A DNA stretch of 20,000 bases from Trichoplax sp. H2 (taxonomy: Eukaryota), in contig NOWV01000003.1 in the NCBI GenBank assembly GCA_003344405.1, positions 1,543,580 to 1,563,579 of the forward strand, written 5' to 3'. Shown here one piece after another: positions 1 to 12,726 of this stretch. The notes beneath the pieces were generated by a model, which made no database searches, had not been told where the DNA came from, and worked only from the letters and a program-made list of their open reading frames with translations. Positions within the stretch are counted from its first letter, which is position 1. Every line of letters starts with the position of its first letter. A program made the position numbers and the translations under genes.

Positions 1-716
1 ATAATAAATTAGTATGAGTATTTAGAGACAATATGTAATTTGAAAAGGCTATGAGTATGATGCCGTCATTTAAGCCTCGGGTGGTAGATTGCTTAGTAAA
101 TCTATGGGTCATAAATACCAAATTCCATAAGAAATAGGCAGATAGAGCTTTGTAAGTTCGCTTGTGCAAATAGCCAACTAGACTTGCTAGTAAGTGAGGT
201 TATAAAGTTATATCCGTATTGATTTGTGCATGAATTACAATACTGTAATAAATATTTGATGTTTTCATGGAAATTCAGTAGATTTTGTATCTAAGCGGCT
301 ATTTAAGCTTTTAGTAGATTAGACTGTAGTATACTGTATATCGAATTGTCACTAAGCAACTTTCGTGATCGTACCTAAACTAGTCTATCTACTCTTATGG
401 TTCTCAAACTAACTCCGAAGATCCTCGGTAAGGGAAAACTAACTTATTCCTATACTATTGTAATCGAGTCAAACGATAGGTTTAGGTTAATAAATATATT
501 TATTACTTGCCCGTTTACGTTAGTACCAGTGTACTCTACGTTAGCCTCACTATCGTAAATTACTACCAGTTATACGCAAGGAGCATCAAGCTCCGTAACA
601 CGAATTTATTTGTGTACTAATATTGATAAAGCATAAGTATGCGCAAGTATTTGACGGAAATTCATAGGATACGAAATGATACAGGTCATGCTTAAAAGAG
701 ATTTGGTCATTTTTTA

Positions 717-726
717 GGGGGGGGGG
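717..726. repeat. Homopolymer G run (~10 nt) preceded by a T run
   Basis: ttttta followed by a G run, seen directly in otherwise very AT-rich DNA. Confidence 0.7.
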
Positions 727-2004
727 TGATATGCTTAATAAATTATACTTTATCATAAAGAAGTATGCATAGTACAAGATGTAACGTGATCAGTAAATAA
801 CAGTCAAGGAAATGAGACCTATTCTACAGTTAAGATAGTACAGAAAGTACATGAAGCTATCTATAGTTAACCGAACCTCTGACGCCCCCTATCTATAGTG
901 CATATCTCAGCAAAATCTTGCTACCAGCTTAAAATGATATTTAAAATGCAATAAATAAAAAGAGAACACATTTTCATGCTTTTGTAATTTAAATAGACTA
1001 CTACTATACTTCCTTTCCAGTATCAATTTGGTAATAAAATAGCATGCGTAAGTAGTGTAATATCTCACTGTTACCAAAATTTTTAACGTGTTATAATATT
1101 TATTTGTGAGCCAGTAAATAAACATAATATTATGGTCTATGGCTGTGCACTGTAGTTTATAAATCATTCGCTATAGATTGATTGTTAGCTTGAATTCTAT
1201 TTAAAATCTAGTTAAAGCTTAAATACTCGCTCTCTCTTTATATAACTAGCTATTTAACGCTATAGGACAATATATATGATACGGCTAATACTGGAAATTA
1301 AATAATATCGGAACTATCCCAGTATCTTGATTTCTATTGGGCGTTTATCGGATTTATAGATTGATATTCTTTTTGAATGAAAGCCTCAACTAGCCAACAT
1401 TGGTTATATTCTTTGAATATAGTACAGTATGGCCAGTAAATCAAGAATTTTTAAAACATTCTTACGATGCGATATATGAATAATGTCACTATCTCAGAAA
1501 CAGCAAAATGGTAATGATTTTATTACGCAAGACAGGAGATTGATTATTGCCATTTTAAATGGTATTTACATTCTAGTATTAAAAGACCGATCTCTAATTA
1601 CCATATTTCAAGTATTTACGATAAACCTATGTAGTATTGTAGTACTAGCAATATACAGAATATTTGAGGTTATAGCTAGAATGAAGACCCAAACCGTTGT
1701 TACTATATACTCTACAGTACGTATGGAGTAATGAGATAGAATTAGGACAGAATGGATTGGGTTACAATATCAATTTCAAACATTCTTTGTACCATATTAA
1801 CTCAATTCAGTTATTATGAGCCTAGCAACAATACTGACAACAGTTAGAATGAAAGGATTATCTGTATGGTTAATAATAATAACATATAGCTATTAAGTTT
1901 TATTAACCTATAGCCTAACAATATACGCGTACAATATCAATTTTAAACGTTAAAAGACTTCTTAACAGATTGATAGAAAAAATACCACACAACCCGATAA
2001 ATAT

Positions 2005-2036
2005 GAAATAAACAAGGTTCTATCTAATAAAGTTTA
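2005..2036 (-). other. Conserved 3'-flank/3'UTR block of paralog 1 (homologous to 8269-8300)
   Basis: gaaataaacaaggttctatctaataaagttta vs gaaataaacacgatccaatctgataaaggtta, 26/32 identical, both ~155-190 nt past the stop codon. Confidence 0.55.
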
Positions 2037-2189
2037 ACTCCATTATTTGTACTGGACAATTACTTCAGTACACTATTTAGAGTAGATGTAGAAAATATCT
2101 TATAGTTTAGTCATGAAATACCAAGACTAAATCAGTCCAGTATGCTCAGCTGCGACATAATTCTGCAAAAGTTACTAAAACTTAGAAGA

Positions 2190-3762
2190 TTAAAGTAACT
2201 TGTAACTGATTAATTTAGACTCGGGTTGATAAACACCACCGAACCAATAGTTAGTAGTCGCATCTTTGCTTGATGAACATTCATGATCAATACTATATTG
2301 AGAAAAATAGCCAAAATTTGATTCTGGAGGGTTAAAACCATACTCTGAAGGAAATTTCCATTTCTGGCAGTAACTATAAGTGCGCGATGATAAGAAGGTG
2401 ACATGATAGCTAGGCGAAACATATATCGGTAGTTGGCACATCTTGCAAGTATAACCACGAACGTTGACATAATCTACGATATAGCATCCTGGTTGAGCAT
2501 TATAAATAGCCATAATATTATATCGGCAGTTTTCAACGCGCATATAATCCCTATGACTTATAGGATATTTCTTTTTCTTATCAAAGTTACATGTCGCTCT
2601 CCAATGGGTAGTCCTCGGTGAGTCATAAATCGATTTCATACTAGCATGGCTTAGTCGGTAAGCTTGAAATTGAGGGGTACATTCATTATATGGATAATTA
2701 TAGTAATATGGTTTGCGAAAATTGATAGATTCAGGCAACTTAGATGTTTGGATTCCTCTATTTCGTGAGAAAGATTCAACTAGCGTCCAGACATAGGGTG
2801 GATCCGATTGGAAGTCGCAATATACCGGTGTGAGAGACAATCCAGTATGGATAGCATAATGCCCATTTGTAAGTGTTTTGTTTGAAGTATAGAAAAGTTC
2901 TAAGCACGATTTGACTTTTATACCCTATAATAATAATAAAAAGTTTATTCACGAGAGGGAAAAAGAAAAAATGAGAGCAATTACAGTTATCGGATTCAGT
3001 TATTATCTTGTATTGGAATCGACATCAACTACGTTTTATTCAAGAAAAAAGTTGAGATCTACTGACGTTAAACTCCATTCTCTAGACTGATAAAATTGCG
3101 TATATAGTTAGTATATGAATAGATTCTAAGAAGGTCGATACAATATAATTCTATGTCTATAGTCTGATTGCAGTTAGATAGTCCTTGGTAGTTATGAGAC
3201 GAACCTAATCTTATGCAATAAAGTGAAGTTTACAAGAAACTGTAGTTCTTGTTGTATTTTTGAGAGGACACTTTATCACAATGGTATATCATCTAGATGA
3301 CTAATTGACTTATTCATATCTGCAACGAAGAGTAACCGAAAAGGCTTTGGTGATTGGATATGATATTGTACTGTACAGGGAATGAAAGCGAGAAAAGTTT
3401 CAAGATTTTAAATTTAGATCAATACATGCGATCAAATGATTTAAAAATCAGCTTCTTAGTTAATATGAAAGGTAGGCAATAGAAATAATCTTTATAAGAG
3501 TTATTAATCGGTTAACTCGACGAACACGAGAGGTAAGTTTGTATTTTAATCCGATACTGGAATATAGCATGGATTGTTAAAGTTGATATAAAAAGATTAA
3601 AAATTTATCAGGCATAAAAAAATGTTAATAGTTTATGTTACTCGGTTATAAAAGAATATAACTTACAGAAGAAAGATTTCCTTGTACTTCATTCGTTAAA
3701 CTTCCAACAAGGATACATAGACTTACGAGCAACTGTATATACTTAATTGCGTCGTATTTCAT
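2190..3762 (-). CDS. Paralog 1: secreted Cys-rich protein with fibrinogen/intelectin-like N-terminal subdomain, 276 aa, two exons: complement(join(2190..2924,3667..3762))
   Basis: The listed ORF 2190..2840 starts at an internal TTG. The frame stays open upstream to 2924 (GIKVKSCLELFYTSNKTLTNGHYAIHTG), preceded by acceptor ttattatag. Exon 1 (3762-3667) reads gccATG MKYDAIKYIQLLVSLCILVGSLTNEVQGNLSS then GTAAGT. The junction is phase 0 and in frame. It has a signal-peptide-like N-terminus, and all 10 mature-domain Cys align with the other paralogs. Confidence 0.9.
2925..3666 (-). other. Spliceosomal GT-AG intron of paralog 1 (742 nt, phase 0)
   Basis: Donor GTAAGT (plus-strand acttac 3661-3666) and acceptor TAG ending at 2925. 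Position and phase are the same as in paralog 2. Confidence 0.85.
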
Positions 3763-3949
3763 GGCGATGATTTATGGATTAGAAAATAGAACAAATCTTA
3801 AAAGTCCTTAATCTATATTATCGTCACCAAGTATAGTCAACACGGAATCAATACTATTTTAACTTGAGACTACTATCAGAGAAGTAACTGATAATCTATC
3901 GTCTATAGTCAATAGTAAATTTCATTAGCAGCTTGAAGAAATAAACTAA

Positions 3950-4451
3950 AAAGATGGGTGTCTTATTGTTTTACGACTATTGAAGAAAAACCATTAAATT
4001 TTATTATTCTTAGCATTGCCGAGGGACTGACAGCAGGGTTTTTCTGCTGACTACTTTACTAATGGTTTTACCATTCTTTATCTGTCTATCAAAATTTAGG
4101 CCATCTATCACCCTGTTATATGGTAATTTAGCTTAATCAATTCCCAGCGGATTTTATTGCATTAACGACTTGATTCAATTCACGCAGTGTCTGCTAAACG
4201 TACTTCTTTAATAGATAAATAATATATTACAAGTTAGTGATGATAGAGCAGTAGATTATTTATTGAATAATTATCCCTGTAACAGTCTTGTTTATTACAC
4301 TGGTCGTCCATAGGCTCTACTGAAAATAGTAACCCCTCTTTTTAACTTCATGATGTTATAGCTTATTCTTCCTTTAAGCCAATACAACACGATTCAAAAA
4401 CTTGATAACCGCATTGGTAGACACTATCATCGTTCTTTTGATCCGTATCAA
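3950..4451 (-). promoter_or_regulatory. Upstream region of paralog 1 with non-coding blocks shared with paralog 2
   Basis: Collinear blocks at 3950-3983, 4011-4092, 4139-4165, 4288-4302 and 4426-4451 match 10176-10210, 10238-10315, 10361-10388, 10517-10531 and 10661-10688. Regulatory function is inferred. Confidence 0.6.
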
Positions 4452-7400
4452 TTCATTACGCTCCATTAGTATAATTCAATTACATTTCACTAACAGTAGA
4501 AACTTTTCGCCGCGATTGCTAAAGCCATGAGTTAGAATAGAGCTTTGTCATAATATTATTTCACCGTCAACAATTGATCGCGATTTCTAGAGTTTAATAA
4601 ATATTCAATAATAGTTAAAACCACATGCTGTGCTCGCAAATAAGACTAAGTGAATGATTGATGTAGATGTTATGAAATCCGAGAAGTACTAAAGAAGAAT
4701 GCAGCTTTAGTTATGCTGTCTATTTACGTCAAAAATCAGAGTTAATGATAATACTAATGGTCTATAATCATAATGACGAATGTACAGCTAAAAGAATCAA
4801 CTATAAACATTTATATAACTTTGGGGTCAAACTCGGAAAAGATAGGATCGTTATCATCTAATGAAAAGTTAAAATAGATTGAGTTAAAACTTTACAATGA
4901 TACTAGATATAACACTTTAATACAGTATATTATACTGCGCATCTATAAATTTCATTAGCTCGACTCTTCTATATACCTTATAGTGATGGTAGAAAGAACT
5001 TTCGTTTTCCCAAGAGGCATGGCCAACTACTGCGCAAAATGATTCTGGGTAGTTTAATTTCCATCAAAAGCTCTACTATTATACGTAAAGTGTATTGTCC
5101 GTGATTGAAAATGTGACTCATGAATAAAGATTCTATTTATTACTAACCAATCTCGCACGGTAGTTGTTAATTAAGGTTATTAAGCACAGCCTAATTCACC
5201 AGATGTATTTTACACTTCCCTCCTGTATTCACAGGAAAATATATTAAACAGTAAGATAATAACATTTTTAATAACTTGAATTATTACACGAATTCATTTA
5301 GAATATATATAGAAATATTTTTATATATCATGCTATATACATCGTAAGGCGACATTACTTTCCTTGCAATAACAGTATCTGCTAGCGATTTTTGAATGCA
5401 CATTTACTAAACTCATTCCATACAATATTACCTCGAATCTTGACGTTATCACTATGAATAAAATAACTATGTTGTTTCCAGGAAGTAACAAGTATGATCA
5501 TGAAATTTCATCTCCCATTATTACTATTACTATAAGTAGCGTAGTTAAATAAGGCCAATTTCTTATTTTATCTAACTACTTAGATAAAACAGTCATTTAA
5601 CGGTCTATTCATCTACCTGTAAGACTCTACTTTTCAATTTAGCTACTAATCAATAGTGTTATCATTCCTATATTATTAATATATTACCAATCAAATTAGA
5701 AATGGTCATAGGTATCAAAAAGATAAAATTACTTCAAGACAAAACTTTGTTCTACATTTACTAGTATTGAAACGTTTTTAGTATAGTATTTCAGGTAATT
5801 CTTATTTCTATACAATAAATTAATATATACAGTGTCATAAGAACTTATTGGATCGGTATATATATATCTGTTGCAGGAGCAAAAATAATATGATTAACCA
5901 ATGTATCACGATTAGCGTACTGCGGACTATAGCCTAGGTTAAATTGGCTCAATATATCACAGCGTATTCCATTAATCGGCAGATCGGTACTCATAAGCCT
6001 TTGTGAAATAGACACGATTCTTTTAAAATGATTAAATTTTGTGATCTTTCAATCTTAGACTACACGTTCTCAAAATAACTGAAAGCAAGCTTAAGTTGTT
6101 TAAAATATAAATGTAGTATTAAACTTCCGGATATAAAAATATTAATAGCATGCCGCACCGTATAATTATGTAATGGTAATTATTAGTATATGTTGCTTGC
6201 TATAAATTTATCACATCACTTCTTTCGCCAGAGTTACCTACTCATCAGATTTAGTTTTTAGCAATCCGATAACGTACAGCGTAGCAGTATATAAGATATG
6301 GGCAATGATAAAAATCTTTGAAACTGATACAGCCATTAACTGCAAATTTCTGTTGGATTCAGATATTTCTTTATAATCTCCTTTTGCAGTGATGAATTTG
6401 TAGCAATATTTATGATGAGTAAATATCTATACAAGAATATTCTACTTTTGTTATTATCTCATATTTATGATCTAGAAAAAAGTTTACGTAGTTTATTATG
6501 ACATGATTATATAGGAGTAGCATAAGGACTTTCTTACATATAAAAGATGAAATAACAACAACCCGCGAATTGATAATAATAGTAACTTAGAATTACTTTA
6601 TCGATTAGACTTTATTACATAGTTATTATTTGATTACACTCCCATCTGCCAATACTATTTTCATCCGAAGTTTTAATATAAAATACTTGCATTAACTCAA
6701 AATAAACCGTATAGCTTATAATAGCCAAAGTATTACGTTTATTATGGTGCCATTTACACGCTAGATAGAATATAGTATGGCTGTAGCAGAGAACGATGGT
6801 GATAAACGATTGATACTGTTATAATCAGTAACTACTCTATAAGCAGTAATGAGCATGAATCTAAATATTGCTTATTGTTTCCTTTACTCACAGAATGGAA
6901 GCTTACGAAACGGCCTCTTGATTTCGATGGCGATTTACTCTTAGTGCGTTATTACATATAATGCAAACATCGTGCTCAAGAAGTTCATAAATGGATATTA
7001 ATGTACTCAGAATGCATTTTGTAGATATCGTTTGAAACATCGAAGTTATTAAAAATGAAATTGTAGAAGAGTATTGAGTTGCATTATTAAAATTGGTAGG
7101 TCGTAGTGACTTAATGATCAAAAACGTCGATCAGCTGTCACCGCTGTGTTTACTTACAGTAACCAAACATAGATTAATTAGGAAAACTGGTATGCGAAGA
7201 ATATTGCATAAAGCTTCCATAAAACTGTTAGATAAAGCTAGATTAGCATTACTTAGCAAAGATACACCTTGAAAAGAGATGGAAGCTGAATAAGTATAAA
7301 ATCAGCTATGAGTGTTATAAAAAAATTGAGTAATAAAAATAAAAATAACCCTCAAGATTTTCCGATAGTCAATTTTTTACCAAGCATTGGAAGATAGGTA

Positions 7401-8268
7401 AAACATGGCTCATTTCCTTACAATTTAATAGATCATAAATAAATTTAAGAAATTATCGTAAATATGGTCATAGAAAATATAAAGATACGGTGAAACCAAA
7501 AAATACCATAACAGAAAAATAAGTAAGATCGTACTCGATAAAAACGGGGATTTGAAAATTAAAAGAACCCATGAAAACATTTGTATTCAAAACACCATTA
7601 TTTCCAACATAAACTTTTGAAAATGGGAAAGAATGGTTATACTACTTTTCAGTTAGTTGCAAATAGGACTGATAAAACGATCTTTTTCTGGAATCATTGG
7701 AAAGACTACATCAGTATCAGCTAATCTATATTTATACAAATATGCTAGATATGGATAATTTTGATATTTCTACATTGATCAAAGATAATACTACTTAAAT
7801 TATGCTTTACCAAAACGGAGTATGCTCGAGGTAAAAACTTGTAATATCGGCATTAAATAGTTGATGAGAGCATGGTAACTTGAGAAAACGAGGGTTAAAA
7901 CGATGAGTGATTTTGATACTTCTATTGCGAGATTTCTAAAAACGTTATTTATTTGTGAATACCAAAACTGATAAAACACATGTATACTGCATTAAATTGA
8001 TTACGGAAAATAATGTATTAATTACAGATCGTAGTAAACACCATACAGTTTTTTAAATACAGCAAAGATTCGAAAAATATTACATATAACAGTAATTTCG
8101 AGCCTCTATCAGAAAAAATTAATGAGATTGCAAGTCCAATGTCAATCTCGATAGTAGCTACAATTAGTACAGATTACCCATTGCAGTAAAATAATACCAT
8201 TATACACTTATTGCGCTAAAGCTAACATCTATATTACTAATTCAAGAGATTAAAAACTCGATAGACGC

Positions 8269-8300
8269 GAAATAAACACGATCCAATCTGATAAAGGTTA
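8269..8300 (-). other. Conserved 3'-flank/3'UTR block of paralog 2 (homologous to 2005-2036)
   Basis: 26/32 nt identity to 2005-2036 at an equivalent distance from the stop codon. Confidence 0.55.
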
Positions 8301-8461
8301 TCGCATTCTATTGATCATAGATATGTAAGTATTCCAGCTGGTTATTCAGGGTAGATATTGAAAGCATTATATGTGTATAGTCAGAAAATTTACTAGCTAT
8401 CAATCTAGCAACGATAGATCAACTTGAATATCATATTGCAATACCTCTAACGTTCAGCATA

Positions 8462-9977
8462 TTAAAGAAGAGAATAATTGATTAATTTGTTGCTAGGCTG
8501 ATAAATACCGCCGAACCAATAGTTAGTCGTTGCATCCTTACTTGATGTACACTCGTGTTCAACACTGTATCTATAATAATAGCCAAAATTACTCTCCGGA
8601 GGGTTAAATGTGAATTCTGATGGAAATTTCCACTTCTGACAGTAATAATAACTGCGTGAAGACATAAAGTTCACATGATAACTTGGTGCAACGTAGATTG
8701 GTACTTGGCAATTTCTGCAAGTGTGCCCACGGACGTTGAGGTAATCTACAAAATAACAACCTGGTTGAGCACTGTAAATATTTAGAATATCATATCGGCA
8801 TATGGAATTTCGTATATAATCCTTATGACTCATAGGATATTTCTTGATTTTATCGAAATTGCAAGTCGCTCTCCAATGGGTAGTTCGCGGGGCTTTATAA
8901 ATTGACATCATAGTAGGACGGTTCAATCGATAGGCTTTAAATTGAGGAGAACAGTCATTATACGGATAATTGTAGTAATATGGCTTATGAAAGCTGATTG
9001 ATCCAGGTATCTTGGACGTATAAACACCTCTAGTGCGTGTAAATGATTCAACTAGCGTCCAGACAAAGGGTGGGTCCGATTGAAAATCGCAATACACTGG
9101 TTGAACTTTAGTTGCATCGGTATGAATTGCGTAGAAACCGTTTATTGCTGTCTTATTTTCTGTTGAATATCGAATTTCCAAACACGATTTTGGTTTTATA
9201 CTCTGTAATTGTAAATAATATTCAAATTATATTAAGAAAGTAGAAGATCGGAGCTATTATCGAACAAATAAGAACATAGAGTTACTTTATTTTACTATGA
9301 TATCTGAGTTACTTCTCATGAAATTAGATATCTACTATTCATATAATTTCATATATGATATAATGATTAGAGTAACATAGTTAAGAGCGATGAATATTTT
9401 ACAAATAACCAAGGAAAGATACATGCAAAGCATTAAATCTAAATTCTATCCTTTGGATATTTCTTTATATTTCATATTGCGGTAAGCGCATATGCTATAC
9501 ATTGTGGCTTATTATTTCATCAGATATTCTGATATTTAAGATAAATATCGAAAATGGGCTCGTTAGTAGGATATAGTTATAACACGATGTAAAATCTGAT
9601 GAAGGGCAATTTAATGATCAAGAATAAGCTAGTTACATGTATACGGTGCTATTTTAAACGTTTACATTCGATGGTGAAGAAGACGACATTATTAATATAA
9701 TCTACTAGGGCCACTAGTCAGCCAACTATACTAGCTAGAGAGACAAACTTATTTATAATAGTGTGGTAAAAGTACTCTAAAATTAATTATTTTACGCTAG
9801 TATGAAGGATTGAAAAAAAAGTTCAGAGATAATAAAAAATGGCTATTTTATGTTATGAATTCGAAAGGTAGTACAACTTACTGTCAAAACACCTCCATGT
9901 ACTTCATGCGTTAAAATTCCAACAGTAATACATAACGTTGCGAGTAGCAATGCTCCATTCATGACGTTGCATTTCAT
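8462..9977 (-). CDS. Paralog 2: secreted Cys-rich protein of the same family, 278 aa, two exons: complement(join(8462..9202,9882..9977))
   Basis: The listed ORF 8462..9181 starts at an internal TTG. The frame extends to 9202 (SIKPKSCL), preceded by acceptor aattacag. Exon 1 (9977-9882) reads MKCNVMNGALLLATLCITVGILTHEVHGGVLT then GTAAGT and is 96 nt, as in paralog 1. About 75% aa identity to paralog 1 over the last 212 aa (54 differences by hand count). Confidence 0.9.
9203..9881 (-). other. Spliceosomal GT-AG intron of paralog 2 (679 nt, phase 0)
   Basis: Donor GTAAGT (plus-strand acttac 9876-9881) and acceptor CAG ending at 9203. The donor-proximal sequence resembles that of the paralog 1 intron (aaaaaatg..tttatgtta..aacttac). 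Confidence 0.85.
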
Positions 9978-10175
9978 GTCGAAGAATAAGTATAAGGAAA
10001 GTTGCAGAGATCCTAAAAAAATTTTATCTGCGGAGAGTCGCCGAATGCAGTTCGATCTGAATTGGTAAAAGTTTTAAGTTTATTAGCCGAAAAAGCAGCT
10101 CTGCTAGTTTATTCGTGGATAGTATATAGTCAAGAATGGTTCAATTAACGCCTTTAAGGTTAAAAAAACACAATG

Positions 10176-10688
10176 AAAGATAGGAGACCTTATTTTTTGA
10201 CCACTATGGAGCTAAGGGGATTCGATTTTTTTGTCATCACTATTACCAAGGGACTAGCAGTAGGGTTTTTAAGGCTAATTTACTAATGGGTCCTCTATTC
10301 TTGTGTGTCTATCAATGTATCAGCTAGCCGTCATCGTTTACGTGATAATTAAGAACGGCTAATTCCCAACGGAACTTTGGTGCATTAAATACATCAGGTT
10401 AATTCAGTTAAAGAATAAAAACTTAAAAAATTATGTTTTTTAGTTGATAATACATTAAAGGATAAGTTAATGAATACGGAGCTGCAGGTCGTTTAATGAT
10501 TGACGTATCAGTCATTTTGTTTCTTACACTGCTGGGTAGTCTATACTAAATATATTAATTCTTTCATAATTTTATAATACTGTACCATTATTTTTGATAT
10601 CTTTTTCGCCGTAATGGGAACATAACTCAAAACATTTAATAATTGCATTACTGGATGTTCTGTCATCGTTCTTTCGGCCTGTAATCAA
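10176..10688 (-). promoter_or_regulatory. Upstream region of paralog 2 with non-coding blocks shared with paralog 1
   Basis: Same order and similar spacing of blocks as 3950-4451, e.g. agggact..cag.agggttttt, tttactaatgg, tgtctatcaa, aattccca.cgga, tcatcgttcttt. Confidence 0.6.
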
Positions 10689-12726
10689 ACTGACAGTCGC
10701 CTTCGATGCAATCAAACAAAAAGTTTATTAAAATTCTAAAATTTTTCATCATAAGGACTAGATAAAGCTTTAGCATTGAATTAATATTAAATTGGTTCAT
10801 AATGTCAAATGTCTTGTTTTCATGACCAAATGCTATGATTAGACTAAAGTTAATTTAATATATCATGATTATCAAGCCACATACCGTTTATAAAAAAATT
10901 AGAGTCACTGGTGTTTAGTTATGGGAAGTAAGGAATAAAGTAACTCAGGGCTATTTACGGCAACGTTCGTAGTTAGCGATGATGTTGGCATTTATTAATG
11001 TAGTGATCATAAATATCATAACTAAGCCAAATCTGAATTAATAAACATTATCAAAACATTATGATTTAGCTCAGAATTGGATAAGACTATAATTTTATGT
11101 GAGTTGATATAGAATAAAGTATATGGATGTTAATTACATATTACTGCCTGCACATTCAGCTCTTAATATATCCGCATTCATTATCATTCACGAAAACATC
11201 TTTTCCTGCGGGAGCCGATCACTTACTGTACTCTACTACTTAGCAACTCAAAGTAATTTCTATTATAAGCTCTGCTGTTACGTAAAATTTAATGCCTATG
11301 ATATTAGGAAGGTGACTAATACATTGAAACTATTTTATTATGGCTCCTAGAGCAGGGTTAGAATCAGTGCGTCTATTCTTTGTTAATCTATTACTGGCAA
11401 TAGATGGACAAAACACAATGACACTATACTTTAATCTCTTACACTATAAAAATATTATTTCTCATTTAAACCGAATAAAGAATGAATAAGTGAGATTTAA
11501 TTGTATTTCTATATAATTCTCCAGTTATTATTCTTTATGTGGAGCTATTGTGTAAATTGTAAACTTTCGCTGTGTAAGCTTAATTTTCATACACGATCAT
11601 GTATACGAGTACTGATTCCAGTTATGCTATCAAATTAAGCGGAATACTCTGTTGCTTAAATTATGTGACAGAAATATCTTCATAATAAAAACAGATTTAT
11701 CAAACCTATTACATTTTACTGTACGTAATATTAATTCTAACGTTAATACTTTGAAAAATGCAAAATTTAAATCATATAAAATTCTATATAAATCTCATAG
11801 TACTTGAGCAACAGGTTTAAAACCATTATAGGGTTCTAAATCATTATTTAATGTACTAATATGTGATACCCATTGCCACTAGACTGATTCTTATTCTCTA
11901 AAATTGACTGTATACTATCTTGCTCACAGCCGATTTAACGAAAGAAAAATATGATATTGCAAATAGTATTGCCGTAAGCTGGTGTACACATTATAACACT
12001 AAAATAAAAACTTACTTCAGTATGATAATATTGTTCTAACAGATTTCTAAAATAGAAATGCTAGTCTAAGAAAATCGTGAAGTTAAATTTGATGCCATTC
12101 ACTAGCCATAACAATGAAGTAATTAGCTATATGTATGTATCATATTATAATTGTTTGGATCTGGTTTACCATTCTACATCCAAATTGAGAAACTGACGTG
12201 ATTTGCTTGGCCATAATTTTATAATCTATTAAGAATTTAAAATGTGCTGCTTAACTGTAAATGCATTCAATTTCAGTGGTAAAATATAAGGATCATTTTA
12301 TTTCGTATTTGAATCCTTACAAATTTACATTCACGATATGTAGTTCAGTAACAAAGATACGAAGAAATTTGGAATCACTTGAAATAAGAAGATTAGAACC
12401 AAATTAAAGTATTTCTTTATGAAATTCGTATACTACCTCTATTATCAATAAAACACCATAAAAGTTAAAAACAGAATCGACGTTGATGCAACATTTACGG
12501 CAAATATTCTTGTTCCAGCTGCATGTCGATATAGAACCGTACATTGTCAGTTAATCAATAAATGAAGTATAAAAGACTAAAGTTAATTCATATAAACTAG
12601 GCTCCCCAGGCGAAATATTACCACTAGAAATGCGTTATTCAATATTGCAATAAGTAAAAGTCAATAACATAAATATCAAGGGTTATTTCCATGATGAAAA
12701 GTCGAGATAGATAAGAAGTACTGTAT

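Noticed and set aside
586..1731. Short ORFs 586..777, 907..1167 and 1483..1731
   Set aside because: Composition is typical of random AT-rich DNA (I/Y/F/K/L-rich), with no motif or family similarity. The same applies to 6903..7121, 11123..11350, 16726..17011 and 18459..18650.
2210..2621. ORFs 2210..2470 (-) and 2433..2621 (+)
   Set aside because: Alternative-frame or antisense shadows of the paralog 1 coding exon, with no independent support.
4035..4045. AGGGTTTTTC as an NF-kB/Rel site
   Set aside because: It lacks the terminal CC, and the paralog 2 copy (AGGGTTTTTAA) diverges in the 3' half.
4500..8200. Search for a decayed sixth paralog or a transposon in the longest spacer, including the A-rich stretch 7300-7700
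   Set aside because: No remnants of family motifs, terminal repeats or transposase/RT-like translation were visible by eye. A tblastn or RepeatMasker run would be needed to exclude them.
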